Source: a virus
Virus record (IMG/VR): IMGVR_UViG_3300009151_000061
Coordinates: 8,424-72,423 of that record
Reading direction: 5' to 3' (one strand)
Length of the DNA: 64,000 nt
A model generated the notes under the pieces. It was not told where the DNA came from. It made no database searches and saw only the letters and a list, made by a program, of their open reading frames with translations. Below are positions 50,906-60,268 of the stretch, in pieces (within the stretch, counting starts at the first letter, position 1; each line of letters begins with the position of its first letter). A program made the translations under genes and the position numbers.

Positions 50906-51164
50906 TTAATATATCATCTATTTTCTCATCTCGTAAGTCGTTTAGATTAATAAAGTGTTCATTAAAAGTATCTAAACTGTAAGGTCCTAGATAAACTGGG
51001 TTAGTAAGCGAATACTTATTAAATATCCTATCTTCAATAAAATACCCTTCCTCCTCATTTCGTATATCACTTACTGCGCTCAGCAAATGATAATGATAAT
51101 CATCACCTAAATTAAAAACTCTAAGACCTCCTGCAGTTAAATCCTTCTTACATCTTACTTTCAT
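50892..51164 (-). CDS. hypothetical protein with C-terminal RDEKIDDILNETI
   Basis: ORF track. Confidence 0.7.
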   Translation of the reverse strand: MKVRCKKDLTAGGLRVFNLGDDYHYHLLSAVSDIRNEEEGYFIEDRIFNKYSLTNPVYLGPYSLDTFNEHFINLNDLRDEKIDDILNETI

Positions 51165-51718
51165 CCAATAACTTTTAATATATGATCTACCCGATCTTCG
51201 AGTTTTATTAGACTCATATCGTTATGGGTTATATTCTCCAGTTCTAAATAAGATTTAATCCATCTATCAATTTTAACAATTTCTTCTTTGTTTTGATATC
51301 TAATACCATCTTCAGTGTCAGTATCGATTGACGGAACATAAAAAATGTAGTCGATAAAGTTAATATGCTTTAGAATTTCTTTTTGTATATGATTAATTGA
51401 GGCTATATCTTTATTTGAGAGTTTACTAGGGTATAGAGATCTATAGTAGAAATAATTCAAAATAGAGCTAGAGTCACATATAATATAATCTTTATTTTCC
51501 AAAAACATCTTCTCTCTATTTAATTGTTTATAAAATATAACTAATTGATCAATTGGCTCATTTGGTATTCCATACTCTGCGATATAGTCAGTAGATACCT
51601 CGGAAATAAACATAGAATTTTTGCCCATTTTTTTCAGCCTAGTATGAACTTCAGCAGCAAGAGTTGATTTACCAGACGCCGGCGGTCCAAATATTTGAAT
51701 TAATTTTCCTTTCTTCAT
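51161..51718 (-). CDS. P-loop kinase (AAA_28/NadR-kinase-like)
   Basis: GPPASGKSTLA, YIICDSS, EDGIR. AAAC-N18-TATAA at 51724-51750 (-). Confidence 0.75.
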   Translation of the reverse strand: MKKGKLIQIFGPPASGKSTLAAEVHTRLKKMGKNSMFISEVSTDYIAEYGIPNEPIDQLVIFYKQLNREKMFLENKDYIICDSSSILNYFYYRSLYPSKLSNKDIASINHIQKEILKHINFIDYIFYVPSIDTDTEDGIRYQNKEEIVKIDRWIKSYLELENITHNDMSLIKLEDRVDHILKVIG

Positions 51719-51761
51719 TTATTTTATAAAATAAAATATGGGTAAAGTTTATATATAGATA

Positions 51762-52679
51762 ATGGGAATATCTAATAAATATAATAAAGACGAATTTGTA
51801 AGGAGAGCTAATTTAGTTCATAATAATAAATACGACTATTCTTTATCTGATTATAAAAATAGCCGAGATAAAATTGATATTTTATGTCCTAAACACGGTA
51901 TATTTAGACAAATGCCATATAATCATTTACAAGGAAAGGGATGTAACTACTGTTCTATGAATCAAAAAAATACTATTAATGATTTTATAGATAAGTCGAA
52001 TAAAAAACATAATAGTAAGTATAACTACCCCGATAAAAATTACATAAATAGCGTAACCCAAATATCCATAGAATGTCCTAATCATGGAGTTTTTAGACAA
52101 ACTCCCGGAAATCATTTAAGAGGAGTGGGATGCCCAAAATGCAGTGGGAACAGAAAATTAACAACCGATGAATTTATAGATAAAGCTAATAAAAAACATA
52201 ACTTCTTATATAAGTACCCCAACTTAAACTATAAAAACTATGATAGTGAAATAGATATAGAGTGTCCCAAACATGGAATATTTAAACAGATAGTCAGAAA
52301 TCACTTGACTGGAAGAGGATGTCAAAAATGTAGAAATTCTAAAGGTGAGTTAAAAATATCAGAAATTTTAAGCAAAAATAATATAAAATACAAAAAAGAA
52401 TATACATTCAATGATTTAAGACACAAAGATTTATTAAAATTTGACTTTGCTATTTTAGATGATAAAGAACTAATAAAATATCTAATAGAATTTAACGGAC
52501 AACAACATTATGACTTTAAGAAAAAGTTCCATAAGGATTATGATAATTTTATTATAAATAAACATAGAGACAACCTAAAGATAGACTACTGTAGAAGGAA
52601 TGGATATAAGTTATATATAATAAGATATGATGATAATATCGAAGATATTATGAATAATATATTGAATGACAATATGTAA
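51762..52679 (+). mobile_element. putative homing endonuclease with DUF723-like repeats and PD-(D/E)XK/DUF559-like domain
   Basis: Three CP.HG.F.Q...NHL.G.GC repeats; SKGE...FDFAI...IEFNGQQHY. Confidence 0.75.
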
Positions 52680-52680
52680 A

Positions 52681-52702
52681 AAAGAGGGTTAAAACCCTCT
52701 TT
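52681..52702. terminator. bidirectional intrinsic terminator
   Basis: aaagagggt-taaa-accctcttt between convergent genes. Confidence 0.7.
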
Positions 52703-52704
52703 GA

Positions 52705-53859
52705 TTACATAAAGAACTGTGAGTTTGAATTTATCTTCATAAGATCTTCCGGTGTGAAATACTGTGGAGACTTCTTCATTACTTCTTGAAGCTCCTTATA
52801 GTTTGCACCTGCTTCTTCTTTCCTACCAGTGTAGAAACAAGCTGCTGCATGTACCTCAAGGAATCTCCATACATAAAGTGATTCATCAACGAATAACAAA
52901 CGACCAGGATAAGGGTTCTTACCATGGAATAACCCTTTAGCTGACTTAGTATAAAGGTAAGCCATATGCCATTCACCTACACTTAGATAGTAATCTATGA
53001 TTGCTTTAATAGGTTCCGCTCTAAGTGGATCCATTGCATAAGCTTTAAGTAGTTCTTGGTGAGTTTCATTCCAAGGAAATTCAAGAGCTCTCATAATAGT
53101 ACCTATACGGAACTGAGAATAGAATCTCTCCTCTTCATAACCATCCATACGATTAACCCTTTCACGGTAGTACTTCATACTTCTACGAAGTCTTTCCTCA
53201 TTCTCAGATCTGTTATCTGGAATAGAAGCTGAGTCATGATAAGACTGTGCTGTATAGAATACCCAACGAGCATTTCGATCTTTGTTATCGATATAATCTT
53301 CAAGAATAGCCGAGTGCTTCTTATACTTATCCGCAATATTCCCTTTCCAAGAACCACCATCCATTTGTACTTTAACAGATATACCTTCCATCAAACCAGA
53401 AGTAATATTCTGTTGATCACATACAATGAACTCATGGACGCACCCATACCACCTGTATGGTAGTTCAGTTCTCCAACATTCGTTACGAGTGTATTTCATA
53501 TTACCAATAAAGGTATTGAACATGTAAAGATCTTTATCAAGTTTATTCTTATTAAACGAAGGTTCAACTTGTAACATTTCATCAGCATCTAACCAAAAAG
53601 CATACTCTGATTTATCTTTAATCATTTCCATCGCATAGTTTCTACTATTTTCAAAATTATCAAATGGTCGCTCATATACAAATGTTGGAATATTGTTATC
53701 AACCCCCCATTTTCTTATAATGTCCTGTGTACCATCTGTTGATCCAGTATCAACTATAACTACACAATCAACAATTTGCTTTATAGTATTAAGCATTCTT
53801 TCTATTACATGAGCTTCATCTTTAACTATTTGTGATAATCCTAATTTATATTTTTTCAT
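52705..53859 (-). CDS. GT2 glycosyltransferase with TPR-like C-terminus
   Basis: IVKDEAHVIERML, DTGSTDGT, WLDADE, VHE. AAAC-N18-TATAA at 53880-53906 (-). Confidence 0.85.
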   Translation of the reverse strand: MKKYKLGLSQIVKDEAHVIERMLNTIKQIVDCVVIVDTGSTDGTQDIIRKWGVDNNIPTFVYERPFDNFENSRNYAMEMIKDKSEYAFWLDADEMLQVEPSFNKNKLDKDLYMFNTFIGNMKYTRNECWRTELPYRWYGCVHEFIVCDQQNITSGLMEGISVKVQMDGGSWKGNIADKYKKHSAILEDYIDNKDRNARWVFYTAQSYHDSASIPDNRSENEERLRRSMKYYRERVNRMDGYEEERFYSQFRIGTIMRALEFPWNETHQELLKAYAMDPLRAEPIKAIIDYYLSVGEWHMAYLYTKSAKGLFHGKNPYPGRLLFVDESLYVWRFLEVHAAACFYTGRKEEAGANYKELQEVMKKSPQYFTPEDLMKINSNSQFFM

Positions 53860-53939
53860 TATACTATTTTATTTTAGATTTATAGATAAAAATGAGTTTT
53901 TTGTTTTAATATATAATGTAATAAAAAGTAATAAAATGT

Positions 53940-54704
53940 ATGGTAATATATAAAGCCACTTTTCCTAATAATAAAGTGTACATCGGTAAAACTAAAAACT
54001 TCAAGAGCAGAAAATATCAACATATATGGAACAGTAAGAGAAATGTTAATAAACATTTGATTATGTATAAAGCCATAAGAAAATATGGCGAAGAAAATAT
54101 AAAATGGGAAATATTATGTGAGTGTGATAATTTTGAGGATATGAAAGAAAAAGAAATTTTCTTTATTAAATTATACAATTCGACATCACATAAATTTGGA
54201 TATAATATGGTTTGTGGAGATAAAGAGGATTATAATAAAAGAGAAAATTTTAATAAAGAATACCAATTAGATATAATTAAAAGAAAGCTAATATCTAACG
54301 GACATGATCCATCGAAATACATAGAAATAACAGATGAACTATCACTTGAGATATTAAATGATTATGGTAAAATTGGAATAAGAGGATTGGCAAATAAATA
54401 TAAAATATCAAGACAAAGACTAACTAGATTTATTAAATCAAAAGACATTGAAATAATTAAAGATATGGCTACAATTACAAATTCAATTAAGATAGATGAT
54501 AGTTTTATTAAAACTGTAATTCAAAAGTGGCAAAATGGTAAAACAATTAAAGATATATCAAGTGAAGAAGGACAAACAATACAAACAATAAGTCGAATAT
54601 TACACGATTCTAACATAAGAAAATCAAAAAGATTTAAAAATGGAAAAAGATATGACGGGAGACAACCGAAAAAAAGCAAACCTAACAATACGATTGGACA
54701 CTAA
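53940..54704 (+). mobile_element. GIY-YIG homing endonuclease with C-terminal HTH-like repeats
   Basis: VIYK...VYIGKT...R...H...AIRKYG...E...GYN. TAATATATA at 53907-53915. Confidence 0.85.
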
Positions 54705-54822
54705 TCTATTAGAAAGATATAAGTCTCTATGTGAGAAAAATGGATTCGATATGTCCAAAAGGTTAAGAAAATTTATAGAAATGGAAATTAAATCCGAGAC
54801 TGGTCAAGGCTTTAAGTTTTAA
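54640..54822 (+). CDS. ribbon-helix-helix protein
   Basis: NLTIRLDTNLLERYKSLCEKNGFDMSKRLRKFIE. Confidence 0.7.
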   Translation: MEKDMTGDNRKKANLTIRLDTNLLERYKSLCEKNGFDMSKRLRKFIEMEIKSETGQGFKF

Positions 54823-54827
54823 GTTTA

Positions 54828-55202
54828 TCAGATACTAAAGAAATCTCCATTACTATCATATTTTGATATTTTCTTTTGATATTTACCATAACTCTCCATA
54901 ATTTTTTTAATCCGGTCAAGTTCATCAGTCGATGTATTTTTCATTCTAGAGGAATTTGATAATGTTATTATTGTTGTGTAGAAAACTACGTCGCCCTCGG
55001 TTACAAAACTGATTTTTTTTGATTTTACTTCATAATCTTTACCATCAACTCCAATAATAGTTCCATTGGACGGAGCTTGGATAGGACTTTCAGTATCTAT
55101 ATCTTCCATAGAAGATAGAATAGAGTTCAACTTACTATCCCTCATTTCACTCTTATTAGTTTCATCAAACCTAAACTGCAATCTGTATATTACTTTTTTC
55201 AT
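54828..55202 (-). CDS. hypothetical protein with internal RDSKLNSIL
   Basis: ORF track. Confidence 0.65.
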   Translation of the reverse strand: MKKVIYRLQFRFDETNKSEMRDSKLNSILSSMEDIDTESPIQAPSNGTIIGVDGKDYEVKSKKISFVTEGDVVFYTTIITLSNSSRMKNTSTDELDRIKKIMESYGKYQKKISKYDSNGDFFSI

Positions 55203-55204
55203 AG

Positions 55205-55807
55205 TTATCTTTTATGAGAATGTAACTTTGATATAATCAAGTTACAATCTTTTATATGTTTTGTATCTGGTGAAAGTTCTATCAAGTCTAACTTACCTTG
55301 AATAATACTTTCAAGTGTTGCTACTTTATACTTACCAACTTCTATATACGGAGTTTTATCACCGTCCTGAGCGACAATATCTATTTCATGTTTAAACATA
55401 AATCTATCAGGACCACCATATCCATCAGACCCCATATTAACTCCAGTCTTTATATCAACCATTATTCTACTTGTAGAATATTTGAAGTTAGATATGTTAT
55501 TTTTACCACAAAATTTTAAGAAGGTTTCTCTATCTAAAATATAATCCCAATCTTTTGGAGTTCTACCAAGCAGAGGTTCTCCATTAAATCGATAAAATGA
55601 TAAAGCAGTAGAACCGGTTAAAATACCACCCATCTCATTCAAGTCATCTATCAACCCCCAACCTTTATATAGGAAGGAAAAGGACCCCTTCCTAGGGGTC
55701 TTTAAAGTTATCTTATTCAATGAGTCTCCAACCATTTCTGATAGTTTGAAGTCTCGGAATTCTGATTTTGTTTCCGATAAAAATTCCTTTATTTCTAAAT
55801 CGCTCAT
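55205..55807 (-). CDS. nucleotidyltransferase-fold protein
   Basis: GILTGSTAL...RTPKDWDYIL; RDFKLSEMV near the N-terminus. Confidence 0.6.
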   Translation of the reverse strand: MSDLEIKEFLSETKSEFRDFKLSEMVGDSLNKITLKTPRKGSFSFLYKGWGLIDDLNEMGGILTGSTALSFYRFNGEPLLGRTPKDWDYILDRETFLKFCGKNNISNFKYSTSRIMVDIKTGVNMGSDGYGGPDRFMFKHEIDIVAQDGDKTPYIEVGKYKVATLESIIQGKLDLIELSPDTKHIKDCNLIISKLHSHKR

Positions 55808-55808
55808 A

Positions 55809-56279
55809 TTATTTTGTTAAGTCCTCTAACTTTTTATCCCTTTCTAACTGAACAGATGTATATCCGTTCCAGTCATCCCAAACATCTTTCTTTACTTTAT
55901 CTATAGATTTTCTATACCCATGTATCTGTGATACCTTGATGTTTATACGATTCTTCATAGTCTCAATATCAGAATATTGAAAATAATCGACCCTCTTAAC
56001 AAATAAACCTTTTACATCGTAAAGATAAACATAATGTTGACTATTCTTATAAACCAACTTTATAAAAAAACAACCCCATTCAGTGTGTATTTTTTTTACA
56101 GGTAAAAGGGAGAACCCAAAAATAGTATCGTCCATATTATCTGAATCGGTGTTGTTATAAATCTCAAGGAAATAAATAAGAAGTAGAGCCAAGTTTCCTA
56201 TAAGGAACCACATTGATAAAAGGGATGTTAGTCCCAAAAACAGGGCAAATAACCCATAGAAATACCAAATCGATTTCAT
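55809..56279 (-). CDS. membrane protein with C-terminal RDKKLEDLTK
   Basis: Hydrophobic N-terminus. Confidence 0.7.
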   Translation of the reverse strand: MKSIWYFYGLFALFLGLTSLLSMWFLIGNLALLLIYFLEIYNNTDSDNMDDTIFGFSLLPVKKIHTEWGCFFIKLVYKNSQHYVYLYDVKGLFVKRVDYFQYSDIETMKNRINIKVSQIHGYRKSIDKVKKDVWDDWNGYTSVQLERDKKLEDLTK

Positions 56280-57242
56280 TTATACTAAGTTTAGTTCGTG
56301 AATACTCTTCCTTTGATATAGTGCAGCTATTGACTTAGCAATCAAACTAGCACAACTGATAACATTAAGCTTGTGACTTGGTGATACCTTTGTAGACTTA
56401 TTATATGTTGACTCGATTGTATCCGATACAATCAGTTCCGATATTTTAGATGTACTCAGATTATCCAAAGCAGCACCACTCAATATACCATGTGTAGCTA
56501 CACACCTAACAGATGCAGCACCACTAGAAATAAGAAGTTCGGTAGCTTTCTTCATAGTTCCCATTGTATCAGCCATATCATCTACCACGATAACATTCTT
56601 ACCTGTAACATCTCCAACCAGTTCCATTGAGTGAACTTCATTTGGTTTAATACGTTTTTTATTAATCATAGCGAATGTAGCATCAGGGAAAGCTTTACAG
56701 AAGTCAGACGCTCTTTTAACCGCACCTTGGTCTGGAGCAACAATACAAAGGTTTTCTAGGTTAAGAGACCTAAAGTATTCAATGAATATCTTATTACCGT
56801 TCAAGTGGATAACTGGAATATTATAGAAACCTTGAATAGCTGAAGCATGTAGGTCAATAGTCATAACACGTGTTACACCAGCCTTTTCTAAGATATCAGC
56901 TAACATTTTAGAACCAATAGATGAACGTAGGTGGTCAGTTTTATCCTGACGAGAATAAGATTGGTAAGGAGCAACAAGAGTAAAAGATTTACATCCAGCT
57001 CTTTTAGCTGCGTCGATTACAAGAAGGGTCTCAACGATTGAGTCAGAAGAGTCGGTGCTATTGACGAAGAACACATCTTCGTCACGAACTGACTCACGAA
57101 AACATGGGAGTATTTCACCGTCAGAGAACTTTTCTATTTTAAGTGCCTTGAAACTTGATTCTGGAATATCAAATATTAAAGATAATTCCTTATGGATTTC
57201 AGAGGCTAATTTTGGATTGGAAGTACCAGAGTAGATTTTCAT
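56280..57242 (-). CDS. prs: ribose-phosphate pyrophosphokinase
   Basis: FSDGE, YSRQDK, DLHA, APDQGAVKRA, VDDMADTMGT, ATHG. Confidence 0.92.
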   Translation of the reverse strand: MKIYSGTSNPKLASEIHKELSLIFDIPESSFKALKIEKFSDGEILPCFRESVRDEDVFFVNSTDSSDSIVETLLVIDAAKRAGCKSFTLVAPYQSYSRQDKTDHLRSSIGSKMLADILEKAGVTRVMTIDLHASAIQGFYNIPVIHLNGNKIFIEYFRSLNLENLCIVAPDQGAVKRASDFCKAFPDATFAMINKKRIKPNEVHSMELVGDVTGKNVIVVDDMADTMGTMKKATELLISSGAASVRCVATHGILSGAALDNLSTSKISELIVSDTIESTYNKSTKVSPSHKLNVISCASLIAKSIAALYQRKSIHELNLV

Positions 57243-57252
57243 ATAAATATTT

Positions 57253-57519
57253 TTAATCGATCAAATGATCTATTACTGCGTTTCTTTTATTTTGTAGGTT
57301 AGGTACATAACTCATACGTCTTGTCCTAAGGAAATGTTTGAACTTATTATTCGGTAACATCTTGTGATAGCTTCTCCAAGAGAAGACAAAACTGTATCGA
57401 GCTTTTATGGTTAAAGAATTCCACCATATTAAATCCGACCCATGAAGTTTATTCTCCACAGACTTATACATATTTAGAATCTTTCTACGGTGTCGTTCTC
57501 TTACGTTGAGAGTTTTCAT
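57253..57519 (-). CDS. hypothetical protein with C-terminal RNAVIDHLID
   Basis: TAAATTTG at 57524-57531 (-), 4 nt from the ATG. Confidence 0.65.
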   Translation of the reverse strand: MKTLNVRERHRRKILNMYKSVENKLHGSDLIWWNSLTIKARYSFVFSWRSYHKMLPNNKFKHFLRTRRMSYVPNLQNKRNAVIDHLID

Positions 57520-57538
57520 ATCACAAATTTACGAAATA

Positions 57539-58006
57539 TTATTGAACTAAAAAATTAATTTTAAGGTCACGAGCCATTATAGTTGATAATATAAACACCC
57601 TATAGTTATTTGATATACCATCTTTAGTTACAACCACATCAATAATGGGAATACTTACTATTTCACCATTATTTTGGTATTGTTCTTGAGTCAAATGATA
57701 CCCACTTATATCACCATTTTGTTTATATCTATCCAGTATTGGATAGAAGAATGAGAAATATCCTGGTGTTATAACCCCACCAATATTTTTAACCCTTTCA
57801 TATTCTTTTTCACACTCAGTTCTAAGCTGTTTGAGTGTATCTGATAACATTCGTTCCCTCATTTGAATGTTATCAAATAACCTTTTTATTTCTGTATTCA
57901 TTTTGTAAAAAAATTTTAATTCTTCTATATCATAGAAGAGTCTATACCCCAGTTGATCCGAATCCACCTTCCATTCTTTCACTAGTGGATAGTTCTTCAA
58001 CCTCAA
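57539..58006 (-). CDS. hypothetical protein with C-terminal RDLKINFLVQ (start uncertain, maybe 57901)
   Basis: ORF track; the listed start overlaps dut. Confidence 0.6.
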   Translation of the reverse strand: MRLKNYPLVKEWKVDSDQLGYRLFYDIEELKFFYKMNTEIKRLFDNIQMRERMLSDTLKQLRTECEKEYERVKNIGGVITPGYFSFFYPILDRYKQNGDISGYHLTQEQYQNNGEIVSIPIIDVVVTKDGISNNYRVFILSTIMARDLKINFLVQ

Positions 58007-58379
58007 CTAATTCTATCTGTGGATATGGGATTATAACCAATTGTCCTATTTTATCACCAACATTGTACTGTGGAAATATCTCTGGATTTTTAAAAGACAA
58101 AACTGGATTTTTAAATCTCAATTTAATCTCACCTCTATAACCTGAATCAATAACACCAACATGATTTGCTAATATGTGTACTGTTTTAGATATAGACGAT
58201 CTTGCAAAAAGTAATCCAACATAACCCTCTGGTATCTCTACTGAAATACCAGTTCCAAACTCTATAAATAGTTTATCATCCACTTTAGATGTAGCGGTCA
58301 AATCCATACCAGCATCCCCTGGTTTGGAGTAACATGGCGTAACCGCCGATGGACTTAGTTTTTTAAATTTTACCTTCAT
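57942..58379 (-). CDS. dut: trimeric dUTPase
   Basis: AGMDL, ARSS, GVIDSGYRGEI, GQLVI, RMEGGFGSTG. AAAC-N18-TATAA at 58398-58424 (-). Confidence 0.95.
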   Translation of the reverse strand: MKVKFKKLSPSAVTPCYSKPGDAGMDLTATSKVDDKLFIEFGTGISVEIPEGYVGLLFARSSISKTVHILANHVGVIDSGYRGEIKLRFKNPVLSFKNPEIFPQYNVGDKIGQLVIIPYPQIELVEVEELSTSERMEGGFGSTGV

Positions 58380-58453
58380 AAATAAATATTTTTATTCTTA
58401 TATTTAAGATTTAATATATAGTTTTTAGAATAATAACAAAAATAAAACTAACT

Positions 58454-59530
58454 ATGGAAGTTAAAAAATTTTCCGACTTCAGAGAGGAATCAGTAAATGA
58501 GGAATTCCTAATGCCTGCTATTAAAGGAGCACTTGGTAAATTAGCTAATCTATTCGCTGGTCCCTTCAAGAACCTTATAGGGGATATTAAAAATATGTTT
58601 AATCCAGATGACCCAACATCCATTAAGAATATTATAATGACTGAATTTAATAAGGCAGTAGATGCTGCTCAAAAATCTATACCAACTTTAGCTGGTGAAA
58701 ATGATGTTGATACTGTTATGGATACCATGGTTAATGACTTAGTAGCTTTTGGGATTGGATTAAATAAAGATGTTGAAGGAGCACTTGGTAAACAAAAAGC
58801 CCCTAAGTTTGATAAAGTTGCTCAGGCTGTATTATTAGGTAATAAAGAAGCTGACTGGTCAGGTATCATTGGATTGCTCGATCCAAATAAAGCAGCAGAG
58901 GGATTGAAAAAAATTGGTCAGCCAGCAGGTAGAAGGGTCGATAAGTGGAAATATTCTAATGTAATGTATAAGGAAGCTCTTAATAACGCCGCTAAAAATA
59001 ATACAGCAGATCCTAAAAAAGCTAAAAAAGACGCAGCTATTAAGTTTATAGATGCAATGCAGAAAGAGGTTAAAACGATGTTAGATAAGGAACTCAGTAA
59101 TGAGGAGATAGAAAAGATCTATAATCAAGGTGGACCTCAATATAAAGTAGGTGATATGGTAACATATCTTTTACAAGATAAGAAACCGGAGTGGGATAAG
59201 TTAGATGATAATGCCAAGAAAAACCTAACAGCGGAACCAGCAAAATCTTTAGTTGGAACTGGTAAGATAGAAAAGATAGAAGGTAATGAATATAGTATTG
59301 TATACGGTAATAATCTGAGAACAAAAAAAGCAGCTAATGAAATAGTAGGAAAGTCTGGTGGTGGAGAAGAATCTCAAAGTGCTACTAAGTTACATACTCT
59401 TTTAGCAGATATGAAAGGAGACGAGGAAAAAATGTCAGCTGTTCTTAAATTTTCAGAGTTTGTTAAAGACCCTAATAATAAAGCAAAGGCTGAAGAGTTA
59501 ATCAAACAAATACCAGGAGGAGGAGCGTAA
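58454..59530 (+). CDS. hypothetical protein, MEVKKFSDF...VNEE N-terminus
   Basis: TAATATATA at 58412-58420. Confidence 0.7.
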   Translation: MEVKKFSDFREESVNEEFLMPAIKGALGKLANLFAGPFKNLIGDIKNMFNPDDPTSIKNIIMTEFNKAVDAAQKSIPTLAGENDVDTVMDTMVNDLVAFGIGLNKDVEGALGKQKAPKFDKVAQAVLLGNKEADWSGIIGLLDPNKAAEGLKKIGQPAGRRVDKWKYSNVMYKEALNNAAKNNTADPKKAKKDAAIKFIDAMQKEVKTMLDKELSNEEIEKIYNQGGPQYKVGDMVTYLLQDKKPEWDKLDDNAKKNLTAEPAKSLVGTGKIEKIEGNEYSIVYGNNLRTKKAANEIVGKSGGGEESQSATKLHTLLADMKGDEEKMSAVLKFSEFVKDPNNKAKAEELIKQIPGGGA

Positions 59531-59533
59531 CAC

Positions 59534-60268
59534 ATGTCATATAAAAAAGACTTATTAAAAATTTATAACAAGATTGATACAATAGTCAAAAGGGGACATA
59601 CGTCCATTTATGATTACTATAGCTATATCGATGAGCTAATAGATAATGGTAAATATCAGATGTTTCAGGATGTACTACTTCAGTATTATAAAATTGACGT
59701 GCGTACATATAGACATGTTTCTGATTATAGAAAAATTAGTTTTGAACAAATCAGTGAACTCACTAACTCTTCTTTTCAAAAACAATTTAAAAAGGTATGT
59801 GACTCAACTGGAGTTTATCCTAACGGATTCCACTATTATGACTACTATACTAATGTATATTTAGGTGACATTAAAGAAGTAGAAATACCACATAGTACTA
59901 TTATGTATAAAGACCCAGAGTTAACAAAGGTTCAGAAAGCAGTTGACAATGGTGAGATAAAAATAATAACTCTTGAGGTTACCGTTGGTTCAGCTAACGC
60001 CCTAGCTGAAGCCATACCACAATTTGAAACTAGAGAATCACAAGTAATAACCTATCCACAAGGATGTACCATACTTTATGGTACAGATTTATATAGATGT
60101 TTACAAACATATACTTGGGAAAAGGGTAACTTCATAACACCAACAAACCCATCATATTGGACTCAAGTAAGTTCACCAACTTATAGTTTTACTGTTATTA
60201 ATGATGATACTATTCCACTTTTGGATAAATACAAGTTAGCAATAAATATAATAAAGACGAGTCAATAA
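59534..60268 (+). CDS. hypothetical protein with CBM5/12-like segment
   Basis: YPQG...YGTDLYRCLQ...PSYWTQV. Confidence 0.5.
   Translation: MSYKKDLLKIYNKIDTIVKRGHTSIYDYYSYIDELIDNGKYQMFQDVLLQYYKIDVRTYRHVSDYRKISFEQISELTNSSFQKQFKKVCDSTGVYPNGFHYYDYYTNVYLGDIKEVEIPHSTIMYKDPELTKVQKAVDNGEIKIITLEVTVGSANALAEAIPQFETRESQVITYPQGCTILYGTDLYRCLQTYTWEKGNFITPTNPSYWTQVSSPTYSFTVINDDTIPLLDKYKLAINIIKTSQ

Noticed and set aside
21121-54704. Group I introns or inteins hosting the endonucleases
   Set aside because: Flanking genes appear complete and the nucleases sit between genes with their own starts.
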